Positions 13,738-27,300 of a stretch of DNA of 64,000 nt are shown in pieces. The position numbers were made by a program, and so were the translations under genes. Source of the DNA: Salpingoeca rosetta (Eukaryota; Protista; Choanoflagellata); the NCBI GenBank assembly GCA_033442325.1, contig JAWQFM010000004.1, forward strand, positions 803,084-867,083. The letters run 5' to 3'. Positions within the stretch are counted from its first letter, which is position 1. Each line of letters starts with the position of its first letter. The notes under the pieces are model-generated. The model saw only the letters and a list, made by a program, of their open reading frames with translations, made no database searches and had not been told where the DNA came from.

Positions 13738-14388
13738 GTACTCAACCCCCACCCCCACCCCCCCCCGCACACCCACCCCCCCCACACTCACACACACTCT
13801 CACACACGTAAGATGGTCTGGGCCAATAGCTTGGGTTCCAGGGTGCGCGGTCGCTGTGCACCCTGTAGCTGTGCAGCAACCTGAGTCAGCTCAACCCACT
13901 GCACATCGCGCTCGCGTCCAAGGCCACTTTTGTCATCAGGCAACGAGGGCCAAGGTGATGAACACATGTCCGTGATTTGGGGGGTGGGGGTGGTAGTTCG
14001 TGATGTATCGTGGCTGGTGGTGGCAGTATGTTCGTCGTGGCTGCACTTGTACGGTTACTGGTGCTATTCTGTCACCTCCAGCCGTCAATGCCCCACTGCT
14101 ACTCACGCCTTGCTCACTTCATCTTGCTGCGTGTATCCTCCCTTCTCCCCCCTCTCTCTCACTCACTCACTCACTCACTCACTCACACACACACACACAC
14201 TCTCTCTCTCCTTGCTTTTGCGTGTGCGTGCGTGTAGCTGTGGTCGTGCGGGCCACCAACGTCCAGGCTGCTCGGCCACGAAGGTGAGCAGTGATGGACA
14301 ATGTGCTCTCTTACAATGTTGGGTTTGTCACATTCACAGTCACGTGCATCCTCACACAGTGGCGTTTGCTTCGTTGTCAACTCACATG

Positions 14389-14471
<83 letters not shown>

Positions 14472-14897
14472 CCCCACACCCCCACACACCCCCACAGGGC
14501 ATACGCTGAAGTTGGTGTCTGGGCTGGAGAACGAGCGGTTTGTGCAGGTGGCGGCCATCGACCACGTGCTCGCCCTCACCACCCGCGGTGAAGGTACGGC
14601 GTGGTGTGATATCGTGTAGTGGGGTGTGGTGTCATGTGGTGTTTGTGTGAGTGTTGTTATGATTTGGGCACACGAATGACGCATTTCCCACACTTTACGG
14701 TGTTTTGGTGCTGTGCTGACGTTCGTGTCATTCGCCGCCATATCTGCCCAACCGCTTTATTTTCGCATGGTGCAGTGTACTCGTGGGGCAGCAATTCCTA
14801 TGCGCAGCTCGGCCGCAACGACGACCCTATTGTCCCAACCAAGATCACCAGAGGCGTACGTGCACATGAGGTGGTGGAGGCAGATGTAGTTATGGAC

Positions 14898-14964
<67 letters not shown>

Positions 14965-14998
14965 CACACACACACACAGACCGACAGACAGACAGACA

Positions 14999-15054
<56 letters not shown>

Positions 15055-15613
15055 TACACACACTCTCTCACCCTCTCACACACAGTCACTCACTCACACC
15101 TTCCTCCTCACGCTTCCCCCCGACTGCCAATGTGCTGTGCAGTTTGGGCGGTCGAGCATTGTGTATGTTGCTGTTGGCGGGCAGCACAGCGCTGCTGTTT
15201 CCGAGGACGGCGTCCTCTACACATGGGGCAGGTCAGCTGCTCTCTTCACATGCTGCTGGCACATGCTGTTGCTGTTGCTGTTGCTATTGCTGCTGCTGCT
15301 GCTTGAGGCTCAGTTTGGTTGTGTAGTTATTTGGTTGTTTGGTTGTTTGGTTGTGTTTTGTTTGCCTTTGTGTGCACCTTCTTACATCGCATACACTTTG
15401 CACATGGTGCTCATTTGTCCAATTCACCGGTGCGTGTGTGCAGGGGAAGTTACGGGCGGCTCGGCCACGGCACGAGCGACGACGTCGCGTTTCCGCAGCC
15501 AGTCCTCGCCCTGAAGAGGTTCGCAGTCACAGACATGCGTCAACGCTGCTGTTCTCGGTTCATTGCCGCGACGTGCCCCCTCCCCCCTTCACCACCCACC
15601 GCCACTCACATGA

Positions 15614-15658
<45 letters not shown>

Positions 15659-16372
15659 ACTCACGCACACACACACATACACACACACACACACACACAC
15701 CCCCCCCTGCATGATGACGCATGGCAACAGCAAAGACATTCTGATTGCGACGGTTGCGTGCGGCATTGGGGACGCGCACACGCTCGCCCTGAGCCGGGAC
15801 GGCGTCATCTACGCGTTTGGCGACGGCGACTACGGTTGGGGGCCCGCACCTGCGACTGGTGGTGCTTCGGGTATCACCTGAGACTTGCCTGTGGGACGTG
15901 CTGCATGATCCCTGGCGTCGTTGCATCACAAACGCACTGCCATGCGCCAACTCTTCTCCACGTCCCCTCTCACTCCCCCATCACACCCATCTCCTTCTCT
16001 CACCATCTCCTTCTCACTCCAACCCTTGGCAACAATCACAACCAACGACGACACGACAGGCAAGCTTGGCCTCGGCTCGACGGAGCGCACGCGCGTGCCT
16101 GTTGCGATACCGTGCGACTTTGACGGCACGAAGGTGAAGCAGGTGTGGTGCGGCCGCCAGATTTCCGCCTGCCTCACAGAGGGCGGCGCTCTCTACACAT
16201 GGGGAAAGTACGTCCACCCTGCTTTGTCATCGTACTCGTGCTGCAGCTGCGTCAATGGTGTCTGCCGTGTGCCATGCGCGGTCGCCACTTCTCATGGGGT
16301 TTCACTCTGCCAGCACAATGATTATTCACTCCCTCACGCCCATTGTCGCTCCCCTTCTCTCCAACATCCACC

Positions 16373-16441
<69 letters not shown>

Positions 16442-16664
16442 ATCTTCCCCATGCACCTCACTCACGATCCCCCCCCTCCTGTGCAGCGCGTCTGGCGGGG
16501 CGCTGGGCAACGGCGAGTCGTACGGCGCCGTCGAATCGCCCGCGCGTATCCTCGCAGACCACGTCATCAAGAGCGTACGTGCACACACGCAGCAGTGAAC
16601 AACAGAGGAGAGGGAGGAGGGGGCAGGGACGAATTTGCGCAGAAAGGGTAGTCTGAGGAGCCGC

Positions 16665-16728
<64 letters not shown>

Positions 16729-17139
16729 CGCGTCCTGTTTCAGGCCATCACGCGTACTGGGTATGCTTGTAGGCCCTAGGGGGAAAGGAGCGCTTGGAGT
16801 AGCACATACTACGCGCTTAGAGGGATTTTTCACAAAGTAAAGGAGGAAGGTGCGGATTCGGCTACATGGCCTTAACTCAAAATAGGTACTTCTGAGCCAG
16901 CATGAGAGCTATCCCCATCTTAAAAGCGTTTTTACCAAGCCGCTACAATATGACGCGCTATGCCTCTGGTTCGTTTGTCATCTGGACGCAGCGTGAGTGA
17001 ATGGCTCCTTAATGATGATTGGTCAGCGGGCCGGATTGCNNNNNNNNNNNNNNNNNNNNNNNNNNNNNNNNNNNNNNNNNNNNNNNNNNNNNNNNNNNNN
17101 NNNNNNNNNNNNNNNNNNNNNNNNNNNNNNNNNNNNNNN

Positions 17140-17191
<52 letters not shown>

Positions 17192-18300
17192 CCCCCAACC
17201 ATCCCACCCCAACCACCACAGGTGACGGCCGGGCCCTCGCACATTGCGCTGTGGTCTGGCGACGTGAGGAGTGTGTCCCACAGCCTGTCGCCGTTCACGC
17301 CATCCGCCAACCCCGCGCTCTTGGAGGCGTTTGCGCGGCTGCTGGAACAATTTGCCGGCTCCGACATTACGCAAGACGAGCATGCCACGGCGGCTGCGGT
17401 GTCTACGTGCTGTCTTCTCGAACGCACATTCCAGGTACTGCGTGCTGTCAAATACGAGAATCATGACTGAACCGTTCTTCCAACCACACACACACACACA
17501 CACACACATGTACAACCTGCATGATGGCAAGCATCCACTGATCTCCCTTTCCTCCCCTCCCCCCCCCCAACACACGCAGGTTGCCAGCCGCAATCGACTC
17601 GGAGACATTTCGTCAATCCGTGCGCGGCTCCGGCAGCCGCTGCTTGACCTGGCCGTCGGCACGCGGCCCTGTCCCGACCAACTCCGCACTGCAGCTCGCT
17701 TCTGGTGAGATGCATGAACACAAAACACACCACACATATACAAACACACACACATTCACACACACACAACACACAACACACAACACACGCAACACACAAC
17801 ACACAACACACACACAAACACACACACATTCACGCACACATTCTCACATTCCCCCCTCTTCCGCCCCCCCCCCAACCACAGCGTGCTGCAAGGGTGGGAT
17901 CTGCTGGATGTCCCCGACAACGACCGGCAGCTGCTGCTCGAGTCAATCACGTCAATCGTGTTCAGGTCGCGCGATCCGCCGCCAACAGCAGAGGAGGAGG
18001 CCGCAGCGCGCCAGATGCTGCGCACGCGTTGGAAATGCCTCATGCCCATGAAGGAGCGCCTGCGCTGGCTCTCTCGCCTCCTGCCAGAGAGCCTTGCCAG
18101 CACCCAGCAGCAGCAGCAGCAGCCGCGTGAACAACGCAGCTTCGATAGCGACAGCAGCACGGGCCGCCCTGAGAGCAGAGATAGCACGGCAACGGCCAGC
18201 AGGCCAGCGGACCAGCAGGGCGGCGATGGTGCTGGCTCCGGCCAAGCGACAGCGAGCACAACGGCAACAACGACGGCAACCACCTCGCCCACATCAGCAG

Positions 18301-18333
<33 letters not shown>

Positions 18334-21300
18334 ATGGTGGCGGCGATGAAACCCGCACAGGGCACCAGTTTATGGTGTCAGTGATTGTCAACAGCCTGTT
18401 TCAGCAAGGGGTGGTGGAGCAGGCCGTCAATGCCTTCTTCAACAGCCCACCCAGCCAACAAGAGCAGTTTCTCTTCCAAGCAGACTTGCTGCTGTCATCG
18501 CCGCTGCCGTCGCCCGCGCTCACACCGAGCGGTCTAGGCAGCGCTCGCTCAAGCTCGTTCGACGTGACGGCCGGGCAGCAACAACAGCAACAGCAGCGGC
18601 AGCAGCAACGGGCAAGCAGCAGCACCCCGCTGACGCCGACGACCACCACAAACATGCGCCTGCTGACGCAACGGAGCCAGCTGTCGAGCCAGGCGGAGAC
18701 CTCGGTGTATTCGCCGACGGGCTTTGATGAGAGCGGGTCCTCCTCTCGCATCATGTCCCCGCCAGCAACGGGCCAGTTGCCCCCATCTACGCCGCGTGCG
18801 GTTCGCATGGACGCATTCGAACAGAGCGGGGGCCACACGGCTGTCGGCCTGGCCACAGACCTGCAGTCCATGCTGTTTCTCCTCAACATCTTTGTCACGA
18901 CAATGAAGACGCGGACTGAGCAGGTGGCGCAGCGCATCCACCGCCGTCAGGACATCCCCTCCGCAGACAGCGACGACATTCTGCTCAAGCTGTGCCACCG
19001 CTTCCTGCGCTCCTTCTTCGCCCAGCTCTTGTTTGAGCACGACACGGTGGACGACCTCGCCGAGGACCCTCCCACCGCACAGCCAACCGACCCGCAACAA
19101 CCGCAACAGGAGCAAGCGGGGCAGCCAGGACAACAACAACAGCAGCAGCAGCAGCCTGCGTCGAGTAGCTCAACGCACACAGCAAGCGCCGCTTCTCGTC
19201 CTACCACCACCGCCACCACCACCTCTTCTTCGTCTGCAGTTGATGGCGACTCCACGCCCGTACCGGGCTCAGCAACAGCGAGCCGGACCGCCTCTGACGT
19301 TGCTCCCTCCACTGCAGAGGGAGGCGATGAAGAAGAGGAGGATGAGGACGAAAGGGAGGAGATGGACAGCGGCAGCAGCGCCGCACACCGCGGTGACATG
19401 GACGCCGACGGGTCTGCCTCGTCCACACCCGTTGGTGCTGCCGATGCGTCTGCGCGCGTGGACATGAGCATGAACAGCACGTTTGACGCCGATAGCAACG
19501 CCGACGTGCTCAGCGCTCCTGCGGGTGACAGTGGCAGCGACATTCCAGCCGTGCCCACAACGGCAGCAGCAGCAGCAGCAGCAGCAGCAAAGGGCCCACA
19601 GTACAGCAAAGGCCACATGCTCGGCATCCGGTTACTCACGTTTACGCTGGATCTGCAGCACCGCGTCGTTGAGGAGTGCGTGGCGCGCGAGGTTGCGCCC
19701 GACCAGGTCTTGGAAGTGTGCCGCAGCCTCCCCGTTGCCGTGCTGGGCGAGCTGCTGGTGACACTTGCCTCTGCCGCCAAGCAGCGCGATGCCCTCGCGT
19801 CGTGCTTTGTGTCGGAAGGCCTCAACAACGCCTGCCGTTTGCTCACAGCGCTCAACCAGCTGCTGGACGCAATGCCCTTTACCCCGGAGGCCGTGCAGGC
19901 GCAGTTTGCCTTTGAGACCAAAACCATGTCCAGCGACACGGAGGCGCAGGCGCTGCCATCGCACACGGTGCTGGACCTTAGCCAGCAGCTTGCCTTCTCC
20001 ATCTCCTCCTGCCTCGTTGCAGACTGCGCGAGCGAGGCGATGCGCCTGGACGTGGTTGGCCCCAGCGTGGAGGACGGCGTGCTGGAGAACGCGGCGTTCA
20101 GCGCAGGCCTGGCGCGTCCATCCGTGTTGGAGCACGCACACTGGCAGCGGGTGCTGGACAGCCAGCTGTCGCCAAGAGACGCGTCCCCACAGCGCCGCCC
20201 ATCCACGGCCCCCACGTCTATGACAACAACGCCAACGTCGTCGCCCGCCACAACGCGCGCAGCCGCAGCAGGCAAGAAGACGCGCGGGGGTGAAGAGGAC
20301 ACTGCTCGGCCCGGTGATGCCGGCGCGACGGCTGCGCACATGGAGGTGATTGAGGAACAGGATGGTGAAGCCAATCAGCAGCGTGTTGGCGACGCGACAA
20401 CGCAGCCAGGGCAAGTTGAGGCGCAGCAAGAGGGCGAGCAGGACAGAGCCCACGCAGAAGGATCGACAAGCACAAACACCGGCGCCACAAAGCCGTCGTC
20501 GTCAGCATCAAGTAGGGTGGCATCCAAATCGACGCTGAGCGTGGATGTGCAGCACGGCAAGGGCAAGTCTGTGTCCGCTGGCGCAACCACGCGCCCCAGC
20601 CCCGTTCCAGGGACAACTTCGACCACAACAGCGACCACAACCGCGTCTGCAACAACAGCCACCGGCGCTGCGCCATCAGCAACCACATCGTCGCCCACAG
20701 CTGTTGACGCGAGTGGCGATGGTGGGGAAGGAGAGGGTGACGCAGACGCGAGCACATCGCTGATTGACGTCATGTACAGCTATGCGCAGGAGAACAACCT
20801 TGGGCTGAGCCTCCCGCGCACGCACCTGGTGTGGCGCGTGACGGCTGCGTCGCTAGTTGTGCTCGCCCGCCACCTTGGCCTGACACCGTATCTGCAGTCG
20901 GTGCAGACGATCCGCGACGTCGACGCAAACCCGCTGCTGGCGGAGGTGGTCAAGGTCGCCGTGCTCATGCAGCCGCACGTCATGCGGCTCAAGCAGGAGC
21001 TGCGCATGTCTGACGCCGACCTCCGTGCACGCACGCACCACATCTGCATGTTCTTACTCACCCACGTGCAGCCCACCTCCAGCGGCGTGACAAGCGCCAG
21101 CGCTTCTGCCGCAGAAGCACCAGAAGCAGACAGCAGGTGGCACCAGAGCCGCGCGCGCGTGTCTGTGACGGCGGCGCCACCGCTTGACCCGCAGGCGCTC
21201 TCGACGCGCGTCAACCTGGACTCGAGCGAGCCCTTTGACGAGCTGGACGAGCAGGGGCGTCAGGCCGTGGAGGACCTGCAAAGCGGACTGGAGGGCCACG

Positions 21301-24300
21301 ACCGGGAGACGCTGGCGCAGAACGCCCCGTCCCACCCCTGGTTCATGCTCAACGCGCCGCAGCAGACGTCCCTGCGCGCTATCCCAAAGGAGCTGGCCGA
21401 GCTGATTGTCAGCTTCCTCCGCCAGCCGTTTGCGCTGCGGGAGGTGCGCGAACAGCTTGTGGCGCGGTCTGCGCTGGCCCAGAGCCGCATCAAGGTCCTG
21501 CGACGCCTGTGCAACCTCATTGAGCTGCCCATCACCATGCCCGTGCGCTACCAGCTCCTGTGCGGGCTGCTTGACCCGCGCGCCAACCCGTACCCGTTTA
21601 TGCCGCTTGGCCGCTACATGGACGGCATCTCCTGTGCCGCTGCCGCGGAGAAGCGTGAGCTGACCGAGTACCACACGCGCGTCATGGGCCACATCCTGGA
21701 GCTGCTGCAGGTCTCCTGCTCCCACCTCCTGCGCGACCTCAACGAAACAGGCGAGGCGTCCACCCTGCCACTGCGCATGCTGCACCTGTGCCAGAACCTC
21801 CTCATTCAGCCCCACGAGCCGCCGGCGCTGGAGCAGATTCTCACGTCCGACGCCTTCCACGCGCTCGCTGACGTGTGCTTCCGCGTGCCCTCCATGGTTG
21901 AGACACAGCTGCATGCATCGCAGCGAGCACGGTCAGCCGCCACTGCCGCCGCCCCCACCGCCTCTTCCTCTTCGTCTTCCTCTTCAGCTGCCCGCCCGTC
22001 CACGGGGGCACCATCATCATCCGCATCGACAGCGCTCGGTGGAGGCGCCGGAAGCGGTGATGACAGTGTTGCGGAAGGGCTGGCGCTCTTTGATGGCATT
22101 GAGTCCATCAAGGTGAGCACCAACTCGGGCATGGCCGGCGCGCTGCAGGACCCATCACCGTCCACGCTGTGGGAGAGCAACGGGCGGCGCGGTGCACACT
22201 GGGTGCTGATCAGAACCCGCCCCGGCACGGTGGTGCATCGCCTGAGCATCACGCCCGCATCTTCAGACTCGTTTGCACCGCGGCAGGTGGTGGTGAGCGC
22301 GGGCACGGACCCGGCCAACCTGACGGAGGTGCGCCGCATCAACTGCTCCCAGGCGCTGGACCCAAACGAGGACATTGTCATCCTCGATCGCGCACGCCAG
22401 CACTACCCGTACATTCGCCTGGACGTGTCATCGTGGGGCATCAACGTGCGCCTGCGCCGCGTGTCTGTGCAGTCGCTTGACCTGGCCTCCTTGCGCGCCC
22501 ACATTGCCGGCAAGCCGGGGAACCGGCGTGTTGGCCGGCGCCTCTTCAAGTACCTCGCCCTCTCCGCCAGCACCTGTGTGGACAAGCTCTCAGACACCGC
22601 GTTGGCAGAGCTGGTGGAGCAGTGCCGTGTTGCGCTGCTGCAAGGCGCTGACGACCACAAGGCGTCCATGCTGGCCGTGTTCCGGCGCATGGCCTGCAGC
22701 ACGCGCCTGCAGGTGCTGTTCTGCGCGACGCCCTGGCTGGACATGCTGCTCGACCTCTTCCGCGACGCCACCACCACCGCCCGCATCTTCGTGCTGCGCT
22801 TCATGGCCGCCGCGCTGCCGGGGCTCGCCTCGGAGTCCAGCAAGTCCACCGACGTGCGCATGCTCATTGAGCAGCTCATGCGCGCCGTGTCCGACTTTAC
22901 AGACATGACGGGCACGCCGGAGAACGAGGCCGTGCTGGTGGAGCTGATTGACATGCTGCGCTCGCTGCACTCGCTGCCCGGCTGGCGGGACTCGCTGAAC
23001 GAGGTGATTGTGCAGGACCTGTTTTCCCTGCCGCACCAGCGCGAGCGGCTGCAGGAGGGCACGTACATCCGCGAAGAGGTGCGCGGTGTCCTGGGCACGC
23101 TGACCATGGTGGGCTTGGAGGCCCCGCGCTTCCGCATCGGCGCCACCTGCGAGCATACGCTTCGAGGCACGGGCACCATCACGGAGCTCAACGAGTCAAC
23201 ACTCAAGGTGGAGTTCCATGCCGTCGACGATACGGACGGCCCGCTGGTGCTCTCGCTCGCAGACGCAGAGAAGGAGCTCTCCGTGGAGGTGCTGCGGCCC
23301 TTTGACTTTATGGTGGCGTGCAACACGGGGCACGACCGCATGGCCTTCCGTACGCTCCTGTTTGAGGCATTCTCCTCCTGGCCAGACCACATCCTGTCCC
23401 AGAAGATGCAGCTGGAGATGCTGCAGGCGTGCAAGCTCTTCTTCCGCACGCCGGTGGCCTTTGATCTGTTCCTTGAGGAGCAGCAGTCCGCCACGCCCAA
23501 GGCGCCCTCGTCCCGCTCCTCGTCGGTGTCCACCGCGGTGGGTCCGCTCGGCTCGCCCGCGACCACCAGGGCAGGCGACGTGGACAAGGCGCGCTCGCGG
23601 CCTGCGCGGCGGAAGAAGCGCCGCAAGCACAGGCGTGACGGCTCTGCCCGCCGCACGCGCACGCACAGCGGCCGGCGCTCTCGCAGCCGCAATGCCAGCG
23701 ACCGCAGCCCACGCAGCGTGGATGTTGGGCTCCCCATTGAGGTGGAGGTCGGCGCCACCGATTCGACGCCGCCACCTACAGCCTCTGCTGCAGATGAGGC
23801 TGCCGGCCGCGGAAACAGCAGCGGTAGCAGCAGTGCCAGCAGTGTTGGTGCCCCTGACAGCGCAACCACAACCACAACCACAACCACAAACACAAACACA
23901 ACCACAGCCACAGCTACAGGCACAACCACAGCTGCAGGTACAGGCACAGCGGCAGCGACAGCAACATCTGCGACATCTGCACGTCGCCGTGACGAGGATG
24001 ATGATGGTGATGATGATGGTCCCAACGGTGCGGAGAACGGCAGCCTGAGCCAGACAGAGTCTGATGACTCTGGCTCGGATACCGACAGCAGGACCAGCAG
24101 CGCGAGCGATTCGAGCGACGCCAGCGAGAGCGAAGGCGAAGGCGAAGGCGAAGAACAAGTCGTCGACGAAGCAGTGGCTGAGCAGCACGGGGTGAAGCGC
24201 TCCACGTCCGCCTCGCAGGAGGACAGGCGCTCCGTGGACACCAAGTTCATTGAGACCCTGCTCAACTGGTCCGTCGTGCCGAGCCCCGTGCGCGCAGAGT

Positions 24301-27300
24301 ACGATTTGCCCAGTGTGGCCAGCGTGTGCTCTGAGGTGATCCAGTCGTTCCTGGCCAACGCGCCGCTGCGCAAGCCCGAGATTGACATGAGCGCGTGCGT
24401 GGAGGACGGGTACGATGACGTCACGGCCTCGTCCAACCCGGCGCACATCAAGGACCTGCTGGAGAAGACGCACAACACCTACTGGCAGAGCTGCACGCGG
24501 CAGGACGAACCCTGGGTGCGCGTGTTCATGAAACCCAACCAGTTTATCAGCGTGCTGCGCATTTACCACGACCCGCAGGACGCGTCCTACATGCCCAAGG
24601 AGGTGCAGGTGTCTGTGGGCCCGTCGGCCGGCGAGCTCACGCCGCTGCCGCCAGTGCAGATTCCACACGACTCCACGTCCACGGTGCTGCTGGAGGGCGC
24701 CGACCGCTACCACCGCGTCGTGCAGATCACCATCAAGCAGACGCACAACGGTGGCGTGGACACGCGCATACGGCGGCTGGAGGTGCTTTCCGGGCCAACG
24801 CGCCACGCGCAGAAGAAAACGTCGCTGGAGGACCTGCTTGCGCCCACGCCAGAGGTTGCCCTCGCCTCGGGCGGCAAGTCGGCTGACAGCGAAGAGCACG
24901 AAGGCGGCGAGGGCGGCGGTGCTGCCGGTGGTTCTGGGCGGCGGCGCATCCGTCACGCTCGCCACGACAGCAGGGAGGTGGAAGAGCTGCTGGAAACCTT
25001 GATGGAGCACCACGACGACGCTGCCGGGGCTGGCGATGGCGATCGCGGCGAGCCAGCATCATCATCATCTCCAACCGAGCACGGCCTCCGTCACCACCAT
25101 CGCCACGGTGCGTCGCACACCTCCGGCAACGATGCCGAAAGTCATCATCACCATCACCATCATCACCATCGTCATCGCCAGCAGACCCAAGAAGGCATCC
25201 CAGAGGCAGCGGAGCCGGATGACGAAGCAGGGTATGGCGAGACAGGGGAGGCAGCACGCCTGGGCCCACTCGCTGCCGGTGGCAACAACAGGGATGGCGG
25301 TGATGGCGGCGGGTCATCCGCCAACACGGGCGGCGCCAACGGCGGCGGGAGCATGTCGTCAACTGCATCCGCTGCGACCGGTGGCCGCTACTCGCACCAG
25401 CGACCCAGTGATTTGGTTGCTGGCATGTTTGAGCCCTTCCAGCGCCGTCGTGGTGATGCCAGCGGCACGGGAAGCGGCGTGGCTGCAAGTGTTTCCACAG
25501 CAGCAGGCACTGGTGCCGACGCAGCCACAGCAGCGCGTGGTTCTGTTGGCGGCGCCGGTGGTGAGCGCCATCACGACGACGACGACGACAACGACGACGA
25601 CAACGACAACGTCAGCATCACCTCAGAGACGGGCAGCGTCAGCAGCGCGCGTGCAAGCGCGTCGCAGCTTCCGCTCCCCGTGGCCTTCGTGTGGGGCGCC
25701 AACGCGGGCGGGCAGATGGACTCGCTCTTCTCCGGCGCACAGGACATGTCGCAGGTGCCCAAGCCAAAGCTGTGCACGCTGCTCCCGCGCGGGCTGCAGG
25801 TGGCCAAGATGTGCATCCAGAAGGAAGGCGTGGTGGTGCTGGGCCACAACGGCGCCCTGTACGCGAGCGCGCACTCGGGTCCACTGAAGCGGCTGCTGCC
25901 GCACGGCCCAAAGGTGGTGGACGTGGCGTACGGCGGCTACCACACGCTGGTGGTGACGGAGGACCACCGCCTGCTTGTGTGCGGCACGGGCAAGAACGGT
26001 AAGCTTGGTTTGCGCGACACGCGGGACCAGTCGTCGCTGGTGCCCGTGCCTGGCCTGCGGGATGTGCTGCGAGTTGCGTGCGGTCGCCGCCACAGCGCAG
26101 CCGTCACAGCCACGGGCCAGCTGTACATGTGGGGGTGCAACCACCACGGCCGGCTCGGCCTGGGCGATCAGAACGACCGCTACGAGCCTACCCTCGTGCC
26201 AAACCTGCCGCCCGTGCAGATGGTGGCGTGCGGGGACAGGCACACCCTCGTGCTGACGCAGCGCGGTGGCGTCTACTCGTTTGGCTGCGGAGACCAGGGC
26301 CGGCTTGGCATCCCGGAGGCCCCGCACAAGCTGCTGCGCCCGGCCAAGCTCGACTTTGGACGTGCGCGCATGACACGCGTCATCTGCGGCTGCAACTCCT
26401 CTGCTGCGCTCACTGACACGGGCCAGCTGTATGTGTGGGGCACCGGGCGGTCGTACCGCTTGGGCACGGGGTCCATGACCTCGCACATGCTGCCCATTCG
26501 CGTGACAGACCTCGCCTCGCACAAGATTGTGGACGCCAGCCTCGGCCACGAGCACGGCGTCGCCGTCTCGGAGACGGGCGATGTGTTTGTGTGGGGCAGC
26601 AACGACTCGAGCCAGCTGGGCGGGGCAACGGCAGACGCCGCCGCACCGCGCCCACTGCTCCACCCGGAGCTGCGCGGCAAGGGCCTGAACCGGGTCAGCT
26701 GCGGCAGCAGGGCCGTGGCGGTGTGGCGCGATGCGGCCAACGCCGTGCCGGAGGAGGAGCGAAGCGATCAGCCGTTCACAGAGCCCATGCCCGTGCCGGA
26801 GGACCGGCTGGGCCGCATGTGCATTGAGGAGCGCGACGACTCGAGTGTGGAGCGCATTGTGGAGCAGGTGGGCACGTCGCCACCGCTGATGGCGCTGGTG
26901 GCCCACCTGCCAGACCCGGAGGCGCAGCAGAAGTCTGTGGCCTACTTCCTCAAGGCCATGCGCGTGTATCAGGCCCGGCAGCTGGTCACGCTGTGGCTTT
27001 CGAGGGGCGTGCATGCGCTGGAGGGCGTGCCGTGGGGGCCGGACCGCCTGCTGCTGGTGCTGATTGACCTCATGCGCGTGTTGTCTGTGCGGGCGGCGGC
27101 AGATGAGCCGTGCCGCGTCATCTCCGCGGCCATCCACACCCTGTGCGGGAAGCACAGCCACCTCTCGCGCGTGCTGGTTGAGATTTGCGTGATGGAGACC
27201 AAGCGTGCAATGCCCTCGTCAAACCTGGCAGAGGACGGCATGGTGACGGATGAGATGCTGCTCACGCGCGTGTGCAGCCTGGGTCTGATCCGCGCCACCA

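Noticed and set aside
13740-13955. In-frame TAG codons and shifts in an early HERC2 RCC1 exon, suggesting stop-codon readthrough
   Set aside because: The adjacent CA tract is garbled into irregular C runs and there are extra bases in the exon. This indicates poor read quality; the rest of the gene is intact.
16744-17039. Compositionally odd, foreign-looking segment inside the HERC2-like gene
   Set aside because: It begins at a plausible acceptor with RCC1-like codons (AITRTG) and degrades toward the gap, consistent with the tail of a poor read rather than an insertion.
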